A stretch of DNA of 64,000 nt, taken from Mobula hypostoma (lineage: Eukaryota). The DNA lies in assembly GCF_963921235.1 (NCBI RefSeq), contig NC_086108.1, forward strand, positions 116,562,001 to 116,626,000, in the 5' to 3' direction. The position numbers were made by a program, and so were the translations under genes. This document shows, piece by piece, positions 1 to 11,600 of the stretch (position 1 is its first letter; each line of letters opens with the position of its first letter). The notes below the pieces were generated by a model that worked only from the letters and a program-made list of their open reading frames with translations, was not told the DNA's origin and did not search any database.

Positions 1-35
1 ATTAAATGTGCCACCTGTGAGTAATGTAATAATAT

Positions 36-960
36 CATAGAAACATAGAAAATAGGTGCAGGAGTAGGCCATTCGGCTCTTCGAGCCTGCACCGCCATTT
101 ATTATGATCATGGCTGATCATCCAACTCAGAACCCCGCCCCAGCCTTCCCTCCATACCCCCTGATCCCCATAGCCACAAGGGCCATATCTAACTCCCTCT
201 TAAATATAGCCAATGAACTGGCCTCAACTGTTTCCTGTGGCAGAGAATTCCACAGATTCACCACTCTCTGTGTGAAGAAGTTTTTCCTAATCTTGGTCCT
301 AAAAGGCTTCCCCTCTATCCTCAAACTGTGGCCCCTCGTTCTGGACTTCCTCAACATCGGGAACAATCTTCCTGCATCTAGCCTGTCCAATCCCTTTAGG
401 ATTTTATACGTTTCAATCAGATCCCCCCTCAATCTTCTAAATTCCAATGAGTACAAGCCCAGTTCGTCCAGTCTTTCTTCATATGAAAGTTCTGTCATCC
501 CAGGAATCAATCTGGTGAACCTTCTTTGTACTCCCTCTATGGCAAGGATGTCTTTCCTCAGATTAGGGGACCAAAACTGCACACAATACTTCAAGTGTGG
601 TCTCACCAAGGCCTTGTACAACTGCAGTAGTACCTCCCTGCTCCTGTACTCGAATCCTCTCGCTATAAATGCCAGCATACCATTCGCCTTTTTCACCGCC
701 TGCTGTACCTTCATGCCCACTTTCAATGACTGGTGTATAATGACACCCAGGTCTCATTGCACCTCCCCTTTTCCTAATCGGCCACCATTCAGATAATAAT
801 CTATTTTCCTATTTTTGCCACCAAAGTGGATAACTTCACATTTATCCACATTAAATTGCATCTGCCATGAATTTGCCCACTCACCCAACCTATCCAAGTC
901 ACCCTGCATCCTCTTAGCATCCTCCTCACTGCTAACACTGCCACCCAGCTTCGTGTCATC
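36..960 (-). mobile_element. CR1 LINE, 5'-truncated young copy (3' end of ORF2 + 3'UTR)
   Basis: Minus ORF 127-726 has CR1 C-terminal motifs (LYKALVRPHL.YCVQFWSP, RRLRGDLIETYKIL, FFTQRVVNLWNSLP). (TTTCTATG)n tail at 36-50. Nearly identical to ~4733-5860. Confidence 0.95.
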
Positions 961-1000
961 ATGGTTTAGGTGTTCTTAAAAATGGATATCAAATGTCAAT

Positions 1001-2460
1001 TAGAGTCTACAACACAGAAACAGGCCCTTCGGTCATCTAGTCTGTGCCAAACCGTTAAACTGCCTAGTCTTATTAACCTGCACCTGGAGCATAACTTTAG
1101 ATATCCTTCCCGTACGTGTACTTATCCAAATTTGAAATCAAACCCTCATCCACCACTTTCACTGGAAGCTCGTTTCACACTCACACCAATCTTTGAGTGA
1201 AGATGTTCTCCCCCATGTTCTCCTTACTGATTTCACCTTTGACCCTTAACCCATGACCTCCAGTTGTAGTCTCACACAACATCAGTGGAAAAAGCCTGCC
1301 TGCATTTATCCTAACAATACTCCTCATAATTCTGTATATCTCTATCAAATCTCCCCTCAATCTTTTATGCCCTAGGTAATGAAGTCCTGACCTATTCAGT
1401 CTTTCCCTATAACTCAGATCCTCAAGTTCCAGCAACATCCTTGTACATTTTCTCTGCACTCTTTCAATCTTATTTCCATCTTTCCTGTAGGTAGGTGACC
1501 CAAACTGCACACAATACTCCAAATTAGGTCTCACCAATGTCTTATACAATTTCAACATAACATCCCAACTCCTGCACTCACTACATTTATTTGTGAAGGC
1601 CAATGTGCCAAAAGCTTTCTTTATGGCCCGTGCTGTCACTTTCAATGAATTATGGATCTGTATTCCTAGATCCCTTTGTTCCACTGCACTCCTCAGTATC
1701 CTACAGCAACACCTCACACTAGTCGGCATTGAATTCTATCTGCCATTTTTCAGCCCATTTATTCCAGATGGTCCAGAGCCCACTACAAGCTTTGATAGTC
1801 TTCCTCGCAATCTTGGTGTCATTGGCAAACTTGCTGATCCAGTTAACCACATAATCATCTGGATTATTAATATAGGTGACAAACAACAAAGAACCCAGTA
1901 GCAATCCCAGCAGCACACCACTGGTCACAGGCCTCCAGTCAGAGAGGCAACCATCTACTACCACTATCTGGCATCTCCCACAATGTCAATGCCGAATCCA
2001 ATTTACCACTGCATCCTGAATGCTGAGCAACTGAACTTTTTTGACCAACCATTCATGTAGAATCTTGTCCATGTAGACAAAATCCAGTGCCTTGCGTTTA
2101 TCCATTTTTCTAGTAACTTCCTCAAAAACCGATAAGATTGGTTAGACACAACCTACCACGCACAAAGCCATGCTGACTATCCTTAATCAGTCAGTGTCTA
2201 TCCAAATACTTGTATACCTGGTCCCTTAGAATACCTTCCAATACCTTTCTGACTACTCATGTCAGGCTCCCCAGCCTATAATTTCCTGGTTTATTATTAG
2301 AACTTTTCTAAAACTGCAGAACAACATTAGCAATCCACCAGTCTCACCCGTGGCTAAGAATGTTTTAAATATCTCTACTAGGACCCCTGCAATTTTTCCA
2401 CTACCATCCCACAGGGTCCAATGGAACACCTTCTCAGGCCCTGGGGATTTACCCACTCTA
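1001..2460 (-). mobile_element. Old degraded CR1 LINE (RT to 3' end)
   Basis: Frameshifted ORF pieces: WISKFANDTK, LYKTLVRPNLEYCVQF, GKSPGPE. Confidence 0.9.
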
Positions 2461-5301
2461 AAATCCTGATAATAAAGAGAAAAATGATTTGGTTTGTGTG
2501 AATTGGGTTCCCAGTGGCTGAGGAAGGGGTCAGGCAGGCCAGCTGAATGTTGACCAGGTCTTTACGAACACTAAGTTGCGAAGAAGAACCTCCTCCAGGA
2601 GGTAGTGCCTGTCCTGGGTCTGACAATAGGGACTGGGAAGCTGTTTAACTCTCCATGTGGTGGCACAGCCTCTGTGAAGTAGTGGCTGAGGCAGATACAT
2701 TAGAAGCATTTGTATCAAAGAAAAAGGGAGGTCACGGAGGGACGGAAGGGTGAGATTAATCTTAGAGTAGGTTAATGGGTCGCCACAACATCGTAGACCA
2801 AGGCCTGTACCATGCTCTTAATATATAATGTTCCATGCAAGATCTCACATCATTCTCTCCAAGGATCATCACCTTGTCTTGCTGGAGAGGCTTGTGAAAT
2901 GCTGAGATCAATATTCAGGAGGGATAGACATGAAGGAAGGGGAGGTGGGGTGGCGTTGCTGGTTAAAGAAGAGATTAACGCAATAGAAAGGAAGGACATA
3001 AGCCGGGAAGATGTGGAATCGATATGGGTAGAGCTGCGTAACACTAAGGGGCAGAAGACGCTGGTGGGAGTTGTGTACAGGCCACCTAACAATAGTAGTG
3101 AGGTCGGAGATGGTATTAAACAGGAAATTAGAAATGTGTGCAATAAAGGAACAGCAGTTATAATGGGTGACTTCAATCTACATGTAGACTGGGTGAACCA
3201 AATTGGTAAAGGTGCTGAGGAAGAGGATTTCTTGGAATGTATGCGGGATGGTTTTTTGAACCAACATGTCGAGGAACCAACTAGAGAGCAGGCTATTCTG
3301 GACTGGGTTTTGAGCAATGAGGAAGGGTTAATTAGCGATCTTGTCGTGAGAGGCCCCTTGGGTAAGAGTGACCATAATATGGTCGACTTCTTCATTAAGA
3401 TGGAGAGTGACATAGTTAATTCAGAAACAAAGGTTCTGAACTTAAAGAAGGGGAACTTTGAAGGTATGAGACGTGAATTAGCTAAGATAGACTGGCAAAT
3501 GACACTTAAAGGATTGACGGTGGATATGCAATGGCAAGCATTTATAGGTTGCATGGATGAACTACAACAATTGTTCATCCCAGTTTGGCAAAAGAATAAA
3601 TCAAGGAAGGTAGTGCACCCGTGGCTGACAAGAGAAATTAGGGATAGTATCAATTCCAAAGAAGTAGCATACAAATTAGCCAGAGAAAGTGGCTCACCTG
3701 AGGACTGGGAGGAATTCAGAGTTCAGCAGAGGAGGACAAAGGGCTTAATTAGGAAGGGGAAAAAAGATTATGAGAGAAAACTGGCAGAGAACATAAAAAC
3801 GGACTGTAAAAGCTTTTATAGATATGTAAAAAGGAAAAGACTGGTAAAGACAAATGTAGGTCCCCTGCAGACAGAAACAGGTGAATTGATTATGGGGAGC
3901 AAGGACATGGCAGACCAATTGAATAATTACTTTGGTTCTGTCTTCACTAAGGAGGACATAAATAATCTTCCAGAAATAGTAAGGGACAGAGGGTCCAGTG
4001 AGATGGAGGAACTGAGTGAAATACATGTTAGTAGGGAAGTGGTGTTAGGTAAATTGAAGGGATTGAAGGCAGATAAATCCCCAGGGCAAGATGGTCTGCA
4101 TCCTAGAGTGCTTAAGGAAGTAGCCCAAGAAATAGTGGATGCATTAGTGATAATTTTTCAAAACTCGTTAGATTCTGGACTAGTTCCTGAGGATTGGAGG
4201 GTGGCTAATGTAACCCCAATTTTTAAAAAAGGAGGGAGAGAGAAACCGGGGAATTATAGACCGGTTAGCCTAATGTCGGTGGTGGGGAAACTGCTGGAGT
4301 CAGTTATCAAGGATGTGATAACAGCACATTTGGAAAGCGGAGAAATGATCGGACAAAGTCAGCATGGATTTGTGAAAGGAAAATCATGTCTGACGAATCT
4401 CATAGAATTTTTTGAGGATGTAACTAGTAGAGTGGATAGGGGAGAACCAGTGGATGTGGTATATTTGGATTTTCAAAAGGCTTTTGACAAGGTCCCACAT
4501 AGGAGATTAGTGTGCAAACTTAAAGCACACGGTATTGGGGGTAAGGTATTGGTGTGGGTGGAGAATTGGTTAGCAGACAGGAAGCAAAGAGTTGGAATAA
4601 ACGGGACCTTTTCAGAATGGCGGGCGGTGACTAGTGGGGTACCGCAAGGCTCAGTGCTGGGACCCCAGTTGTTTACAATATATATTAATGACTTGGATGA
4701 GGGAATTAAATGCAGCATCTCCAAGTTTGCGGATGACACGAAGCTTGGCGGCAGTGTTAGCAGTGAGGAGGATGCTAAGAGGATGCAGGGTGACTTGGAT
4801 AGGTTGGGTGAGTGGGCAAACTCATGGCAGATGCAATTTAATGTGGATAAATGTGAAGTTATCCACTTTGGTGGCAAAAATAGGAAAACAGATTATTATC
4901 TGAATGGTGGCCGATTAGGAAAAGGGGAGGTGCAACGAGACCTGGGTGTCATTATACACCAGTCATTGAAAGTGGGCATGCAGGTACAGCAGGCGGTGAA
5001 AAAGGCGAATGGTATGCTGGCATTTATAGCGAGAGGATTCGAGTACAGGTGCAGGGAGGTACTACTGCAGTTGTACAAGGCCTTGGTGAGACCACACCTG
5101 GAGTATTGTGTGCAGTTTTGGTCCCCTAATCTGAGGAAAGACATCTTTGCCATAGAGGGAGTACAAAGAAGGTTCACTAGATTGATTCCTGGGATGGCAG
5201 GACTTTCATATGAAGAAAGACTGGATGAACTGGGCTTGTACTCGTTGGAATTTAGAAGATTGAGGGGGGATCTGATTGAAACGTATAAGATCCTAAAGGG
5301 A

Positions 5302-5483
5302 AACAACAGGAATTCTGCAGATGCTGGAAATTCAAGCAACACACATCAAAGTTGCTGGTGAACGCAGCAGGCCAAGCAGCATCTATAGGAAGAGGCGCAG
5401 TCGACGTTTCAGGCCGAGACCCTTCGTCAGGACGAAGGGTCTCGGCCTGAAACGTCGACTGCGCCTCTTCCTATAGATGCTGC
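5302..5483 (-). mobile_element. Penelope-like element terminal (pseudo-LTR) fragment with fold-back inversion
   Basis: Flanked by a 15-bp direct repeat AAGATCCTAAAGGGA (5287-5301, 5484-5498). Perfect inverted repeat 5376-5428/5431-5483. Hammerhead core typical of Penelope termini. Confidence 0.8.
5400..5433 (-). ncRNA. Minimal type I hammerhead ribozyme motif
   Basis: Minus strand reads GTC-CTGACGA-AGG-GTCTCGG-CCT-GAAA-CGTC-GAC: CUGANGA box, 3-bp stem II, GAAA box, GUC cleavage triplet, 3-bp stem I. Confidence 0.65.
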
Positions 5484-5860
5484 AAGATCCTAAAGGGATT
5501 GGACAGGCTAGATGCAGGAAGATTGTTCCCGATGTTGGGGAAGTCCAGAACGAGGGGTCACAGTTTGAGGATAGAGGGGAAGCCTTTTAGGACCGAGATT
5601 AGGAAAAACTTCTTCACACAGAGAGTGGTGAATCTGTGGAATTCTCTGCCACAGCAAACTGTTGAGGCCAGTTCATTGGCTATATTTAAGAGGGAGTTAG
5701 ATATGGCCCTTGTGACTATGGGGATCAGGGGGTATGGAGGGAAGGCTGGGGCGGGGTTCTGAGTTGGATGATCAGCCATGATCATAATAAATGGCGGTGC
5801 AGGCTTGAAGGGCCGAATGGCCTACTCCTGCACCTATTTTCTATGTTTCTATGTTTCTAT

Positions 5861-6230
5861 CCCAAGAGCGATGTGTCTGGAGCTTAGTTCCTGGGAAGGT
5901 GGCCCATGGGGGTGAGGTCAAGGAAGAGGATCAAAAAAGAGTGATCCAACCAAAACCTCAATGGTGGAGCTGGTGAAAGATGATGACACATCACAACAGC
6001 AGAGAAGGCAGAGGGGGGCTGCAGCAGTGAAGGGTCCCCAGGCATCCTGCATTCCATTCTGCTGGACCCTGACCCCAGTCTGTCAAGGACCATGTGGTGG
6101 CTACCATGCATCAGCCTCACAACATTGAACAAAGTTGTGCACAGGCGTTCTCCATTGAGAATAAACCTTTAGGAGAACATCATACTCTACCTGAGTGATC
6201 ACACTGCCACTAGTACGCCCATTGTGTAAT
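5861..6230 (+). mobile_element. Possible 5'UTR fragment of an RTE-clade LINE
   Basis: Resembles, from memory only, fish RTE-type 5' leaders (CTCAATGGTGGAGCTGG...GGCTGCAGCAGTGAAGGGTCCCCAG...TCTGTCAAGGACC). No ORF support. Confidence 0.3.
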
Positions 6231-6354
6231 GTTCTATGTTGTATGTTCTGTGTTCTCTCCAGAATGTGCAGTATTTCCTCCCCTCACTGGTTTCCCTGTA
6301 CAGTTCAGCATATGTAGAGCAAAGTTCTTCCTTCTTTTTTAAACTTGGCAAAGC

Positions 6355-6470
6355 TCTCCTCCTCCTCCTCCTGCCCATTAGCAAAGTTGACAGTGAAGGA
6401 ATTATCTTTCTCTGTCTGTCTGTCTGTCTCTTTCTCTTCCTCTATCTCTTGTTCTCTCTCTCTCTCTTAC
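6355..6470. repeat. CT-rich low-complexity tract
   Basis: (CCT)n, (TCTG)n and (TC)n runs. Confidence 0.7.
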
Positions 6471-7181
6471 ACTAACATTCACTCTCAGCTCCACAGACTC
6501 CCACACAGCTCACCGGGGCTGCTTCACACTGACTGATTCTCGTTCCACACACCAGCCCATTTTTCTTTTCATCATAAGAATTTTTTACATTTGATACCAG
6601 TTTTTAGAACACCAAGACTATGACATCCATACATTACTTACAGGTGGCATTTTTAATGATTTTTAAAAAAAGATACTTCAAAATATGCATCTCCTGAAAT
6701 GTCCTCAACTGTCAAGTATTCAGAGAATTAAAATTTTGGATCTCTTCCCTTGATACACAATCAGAAATGGCATATTACCAGGTATTTAATCAATGAGGTC
6801 CCAGACAAACTTGAATTACAGATGGAACCTGAGACACCCACTGACATTTTTATAAAGATACAATTAACGCGTTCACAGTTAATATGCACACTGACAAAAG
6901 GCAAGCGCTGTTATCCATAAATGCAATAATTAGATTAATGAGGTGGGCCAGCTGATTACACTGAAAGAATGAATAGCAAACACAGCAGAAAATGCTTTCA
7001 TTCCCACTTTGGTCTGATGGTTTTCTGAGATCCATCAGCAGCACCGATGACCAAAGTGAAACAGCCCTGAACACGCACCCGCCTGCTTCCCTTCTGGCCA
7101 TCAGTCTAGAATTAAGGCATTCATTAGACTGTCTGAGAAACGTACAAAATGGTCATAAACATTGACCACAAACTCTGTCTA

Positions 7182-7300
7182 CATAAGACCATAAGATATG
7201 GGGGCAAAATTAGGCTATTTCACCTATCGAGTCTGCTCCACCATTTTATCATGGTTGATCCAATTTTCTTCATAGCCCCAATCTCCTCCTCCTCCTCATA
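7182..7300 (-). mobile_element. CR1 3' terminal fragment
   Basis: CATAAGACCATAAGA tail followed by the CR1 3'UTR stem-loop sequence. Confidence 0.85.
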
Positions 7301-7303
7301 TCG

Positions 7304-7373
7304 TAAGACCATAACACAGAATTAGGCCATTTGGCCCATTGAGACTGCCCCACCACTCAATCATGGCAGATCC
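7304..7373 (-). mobile_element. CR1 3' end; left piece of a host element that continues at 19461
   Basis: TAAGACCATAA tail + 3'UTR ending ...CATGGCAGATCC. The 3'UTR resumes at 19460 (ATCCTTTATTCTC...CAGCCCCACT). Confidence 0.75.
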
Positions 7374-8601
7374 ATGTATGTGGCTTACCAGCAGCATCAG
7401 CAAGCTTTACCAAGAGGGATTTCTCACAGGTCAGCGGCGATTATTTAAAAAGGGAGCTTCGAGAGCATTTGTCCGTTGTACGTGGCCTATCAGCGACTAT
7501 AACCGGAGCACCAATTGTGAGTTAAATAGCAGGGAAGGTTCAGGCATGAAAGGGAGACCCTGCCTAGCAGAGCAGTCATCAAAGGAGCGGTCATTGATGG
7601 AGTGGTCTGAGGCAGAGTGGGAGGGCTTTGGCAATATCGGGTCGAAACGAGCTAAGTTACCTGTGAGGATTAGAAACGGAAAGTGTGACTGTGAGGCCGG
7701 TGTGCTGTACTGGGTGTCAGATGTGGGAAGTCCGGGAGACTCCCTGCCTCCCGGACGGCCACATCTGCACCAGGTGCGTCGAGTTGCAGCTCCTGAGGGA
7801 CTGGGTTAAGGAACTGGAGATGCAGCTCGGTGACCTTCGTCTGGACAGAGAAAGTGAGGAGGTGATAGAGAGGAGCTGTAGGCAAGTATACTAGGGCCTG
7901 GGGAGACAGACAAGTGTGTAACACTCAGGAGAGGGAAGGACAAAAGTCGGACACTAGAGAGTACCCCTGTGGCTGTCCCCCTTAACAATAAGTACTCCAG
8001 TTTGAGAACTGTTGTGGGGGGATGGCCTACCTGGGGGAAGCAACGTTGGTCATGCCTCTGACACAGAGACTGGCCCTGTGGCTCAGAAAGGTAAGGAAAG
8101 GAAGAAGGCAGCAGTGATAGGGGCCTCTACAGTTAGGGGGTCGGACAGGCGATTCTGTGGATGCAGGAAAGAAACACGGTTGGCAGTTTGCCTCCCAGGT
8201 GCCAGGGTCAGAGATGTTTCTGATCGTGTCCACTATATCCTAAAGTGGGACGGTGAACAGCCAGAGATCGTGGTACATATTGGTACCAACAATATAGGTA
8301 GGAAAAGGGAGGAGGTCCTGAAAACAGATTACAGGGGGGTTTGGAAAGAAGTTGAAAAGCAGGACCTCAAAGATAGTAATCTCTGGATTACTGTCTGTGC
8401 CACGTGACAGTGAGTATAGGAATAGAATGAGGTGGAGGATAAATGCGTGGCTGAGAGATTGGAGCAGGGGACAGGAATTCAGATTTCTGGATCATTGGGA
8501 CCCCTTTTGGGACAGGTGTGACCTGTACTAAAAGGATGGGTTGCACTTGAATCCCAGGGGGACCAATATCCTGGCAGGGAGGTTTGCTAAGGCTATTGGG
8601 G
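7374..8601 (+). mobile_element. Full-length CR1, piece 1: 5'UTR + degraded ORF1
   Basis: CxxC...HICTRC zinc finger, coiled coil (LQLLRDWVKELEMQL), SGNH-esterase motifs (IGASTVR, LPGARV, VHIGTN). Confidence 0.9.
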
Positions 8602-11600
8602 TGTCATAAAGTGGGCGCTGATGCACTGGGAGCAGATCCAAATGCAAGACACTGACATACTAGGAACAGGACTCAGAGTGTCAAGAAAGCAAGGGAAGTG
8701 GAGAAGAAAGGATGCTGGAGATTGATACAGGCCCTGGATGAGACTAGGATGCAGGGCCTGGGCTAGGACATGGGCTAGGCAAGTAGGACCAGGACAAGGA
8801 ACTGGGAACTAGGAGCCTGAGCATGGACACTGAGCCAGAGACTGGACAAGGACCCAGAACCTGGGTCTTGACTCGGGCTCAGACCCTGGAACTAGGCGAG
8901 GACATGACGTGGCTACAGGACTCGATGAGGCTTGGGTTCCTCGAGACGAGGACATGACGAGGCTTGGGTTCGGACTCCGAGCCAGAGACTGGACAAGGAC
9001 CCAGAACCTGGGTCTTGACTTGCGCTTGGACTCCAGAACTTGGTGAAGACATGACGTGGTCTTGGGAGACAGAACTAGGTGAGGCTACAGAACAGAACGA
9101 GAGACTCCTGGGCATGACGAAGGAACTCCAGCACAGGACAAGGCACATGGACAGGACGAGAACACAAAGCCTTGAGTTGGCCGAGGGAGGGGCAGGGACG
9201 CAGAGCCCTGGCCGAGGGAGGGGAGGGAACATGGAACACAGAGCTGGGACCCCTCCTTGGGAACAGGATGTAGGGTCGGGACTCATACACAGAATACCGA
9301 ACACAAGAAGACAGTTCCCAACACTAGGTAGCAGCAAACGGCCAGACTTACCTAGCGAAGGCATGGACACAGAGACAGTTCCAAACAATGAAAGAAAGTT
9401 CCTTATCTAGACATAGCAAGGCTCTGGTCTTGCGCCGGCAGTAGAACTTGACAACGATACAGGCAAGGCTACAGGCAGAGGTTGCAGGCAAAGCAGAAGG
9501 TGAAGGGAAGGGAACAGTCCAGCCACTGAAGCTGAACCCAGGAGCTATTTATGTAGCCAGCCCCAGATGAGAATCATGTGCTTCAATTTAGGGCTTGAAC
9601 TAATTTGGCAGGGGGATGGGAACCGGAAATGATAGAGCGGAGGAAGGGGAAAACAGAAATAAATGTAAGATAGTGAGCAGTAAAGATGTCAGGAAAGACA
9701 GGCAGGTGATGGGGCAAATTTGTAGCCATTGAGATGAGTTGCAGTGCAACAAAGTTGCAGTGAAATCAAAACGAAAATAACCAAATACTGGTCTTAAGGT
9801 GTTATACTTAAATGCACGCAGCATAAGGAATAAGGTGGATGATCTTGTCGTACAGCTACAGATTGGCAGGTATGATATTGTGGCCATCACTGGGACCTGG
9901 CTAAAGGATGCATGTCTCTGGGAGCTGAACGTCCAAGGATACACGGTGTATCGGAAGGATAGGAAGGTAGGCAGAGGGGGAGGCGTGGCTTTATTGGTAA
10001 GAAATGATATTAAATCATTAGAAAGAGGTGACAAAGGATCGGAAGGTGCAGAATCTTTATGGGTTGAGCTAAGAAATCGCAGGGGTAAAAGGACCCTGAT
10101 GGCAGTTATTTATAGGCCTCCAAACAGCTGCAGTAATGTGGACTACAAATTACAACTGGAAATAGAAAAGGCTTGTCAGAAGGGCAGTGTTATGATAATT
10201 GTGGGGGATTTTAAAATGCGAGTGGATTGGGAAAATCAGGTCGGCACTGGATCTCAAGAGAGAGAATTTGTAGAATGTCTGCGAGATGGCTTTTTAGAAC
10301 AGCTTGTTGTTGAGCCCACTGGGGGATTGGCTGTACTGGATTGGGTATTGTGTAATGAACCGGAGGTGATTAGAGAGATTGAGGTGAAGGAACCCTTAGG
10401 AGGCAGTGATCATAACATGATTGAGTTCTCTGTGAAATTTGAAAAAGAGAAGCCGAAATCTGATGTGTCGGTATTTCAGAGGAGTAAAGGAAATTACAGT
10501 GGCATGAGAGAGGAACTGGCCAAAGTTGACTGGAAAGGGACACTGGCGGGAAAGACAGCAGAGCAGCAGTGGCTGGAGTTTATGCGAGAAGTGAGGAATG
10601 TGCAAGATAGGTATATTCCAAAAAAGAAGACATTTTCGAATGGAGAAAGGATGCAACCGTGGTTGACAAGAGAAGTCAAAGCCAAAGTTAAAACAAAGGA
10701 GAGGGCGTACAAGGAAGCAAAAATTAGTGGGAAAACAGAGGATTGGGAAGTTTTTAAAAGCTTACAAAAGGAAACTAAGAAGGTCATTAAGAGGGAAATG
10801 ATGAACTATGAAAGGAAGCTAGCAAATAATATCGAAGAGGATACTAAAAGCTTTTTCAAGTATATAAAGAGTAAAAGGCAGGTGAGAGTAGATATAGGAC
10901 CGATAGAAAATGATGCTGGAGAAATTGTAATGGGAGATAAGGTGATGGCGGAGGAACTGAACAAGTATTTTGCATCAGTCTTCACCGAGGAAGACAGCAG
11001 TATACCGGACACTCAAGGGTGGCAGGGAAGAGAAGTGTGTGCAGTCACAATTACGACAGAGAAAGTACTCAGGAAGCTGAATCGTCTAAAGTTAGATAAA
11101 TCTCCCAGACCAGATGGAATGCACCCTCGTGTTCTGAAGGAAGTAGCTGTGGAGATTGCGGAGGCATTAGCGATGATCTTTCAAAAGTGGATAGATTCTG
11201 GCATGGTTCCGGAGGACTGGAAGATTGCAAATGTCACTCCGCTATTTAAGAAGGGGGCAAGGATGCGAAAAGGAAATTATAGACCTGTTAGCTTGACATC
11301 AGTGGTTGAGAAGTTGTTGGAGTCAATTGTCAAGGATGAGGTTACGGAGTACCTGGAGGCATATGACAAGATAGGCAGAACTCAGCATGGATCCTTTGAA
11401 GGAAGATCCTGCCTGACAAACCAATTACAATTTTTTGAGGAAATTACCAGTAGGCTAGACAAGGGAGATGCAGTGGATGTTGTATATTTGGATTTTCAGA
11501 AGGCCTTTGACAAGGTGCCACACATGAGGCTACTTAACAAGATAAGAGCCCATGGAATTACGGGAAAGTTACATACGTGAATAGAGCTTTGGCTGATTGG

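Larger units (their letters stand above)
2908..5860 (+). mobile_element. Young CR1 LINE, ORF2 (APE endonuclease + RT), 5'-truncated within APE, interrupted at 5302-5483
   Basis: Open frame with [62 protein letters not shown]. The frame resumes at 5499-5762. (TTTCTATG)n tail to 5860. Confidence 0.97.

Noticed and set aside
2460..2905. Host exon in unique-looking sequence
   Set aside because: No recognisable peptide in any frame; part of it resembles a decayed CR1 3' end.
104..5342. Antisense ORFs opposite CR1 ORF2 (104-796, 2850-3674, 4473-4877, 4896-5342)
   Set aside because: Shadow frames of the LINE coding strand, repeated in each copy, with no recognisable protein.
6236..6536. Small ORFs after a pyrimidine-rich acceptor-like site
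   Set aside because: Low-complexity CT-derived peptides with no convincing donor site or homology.
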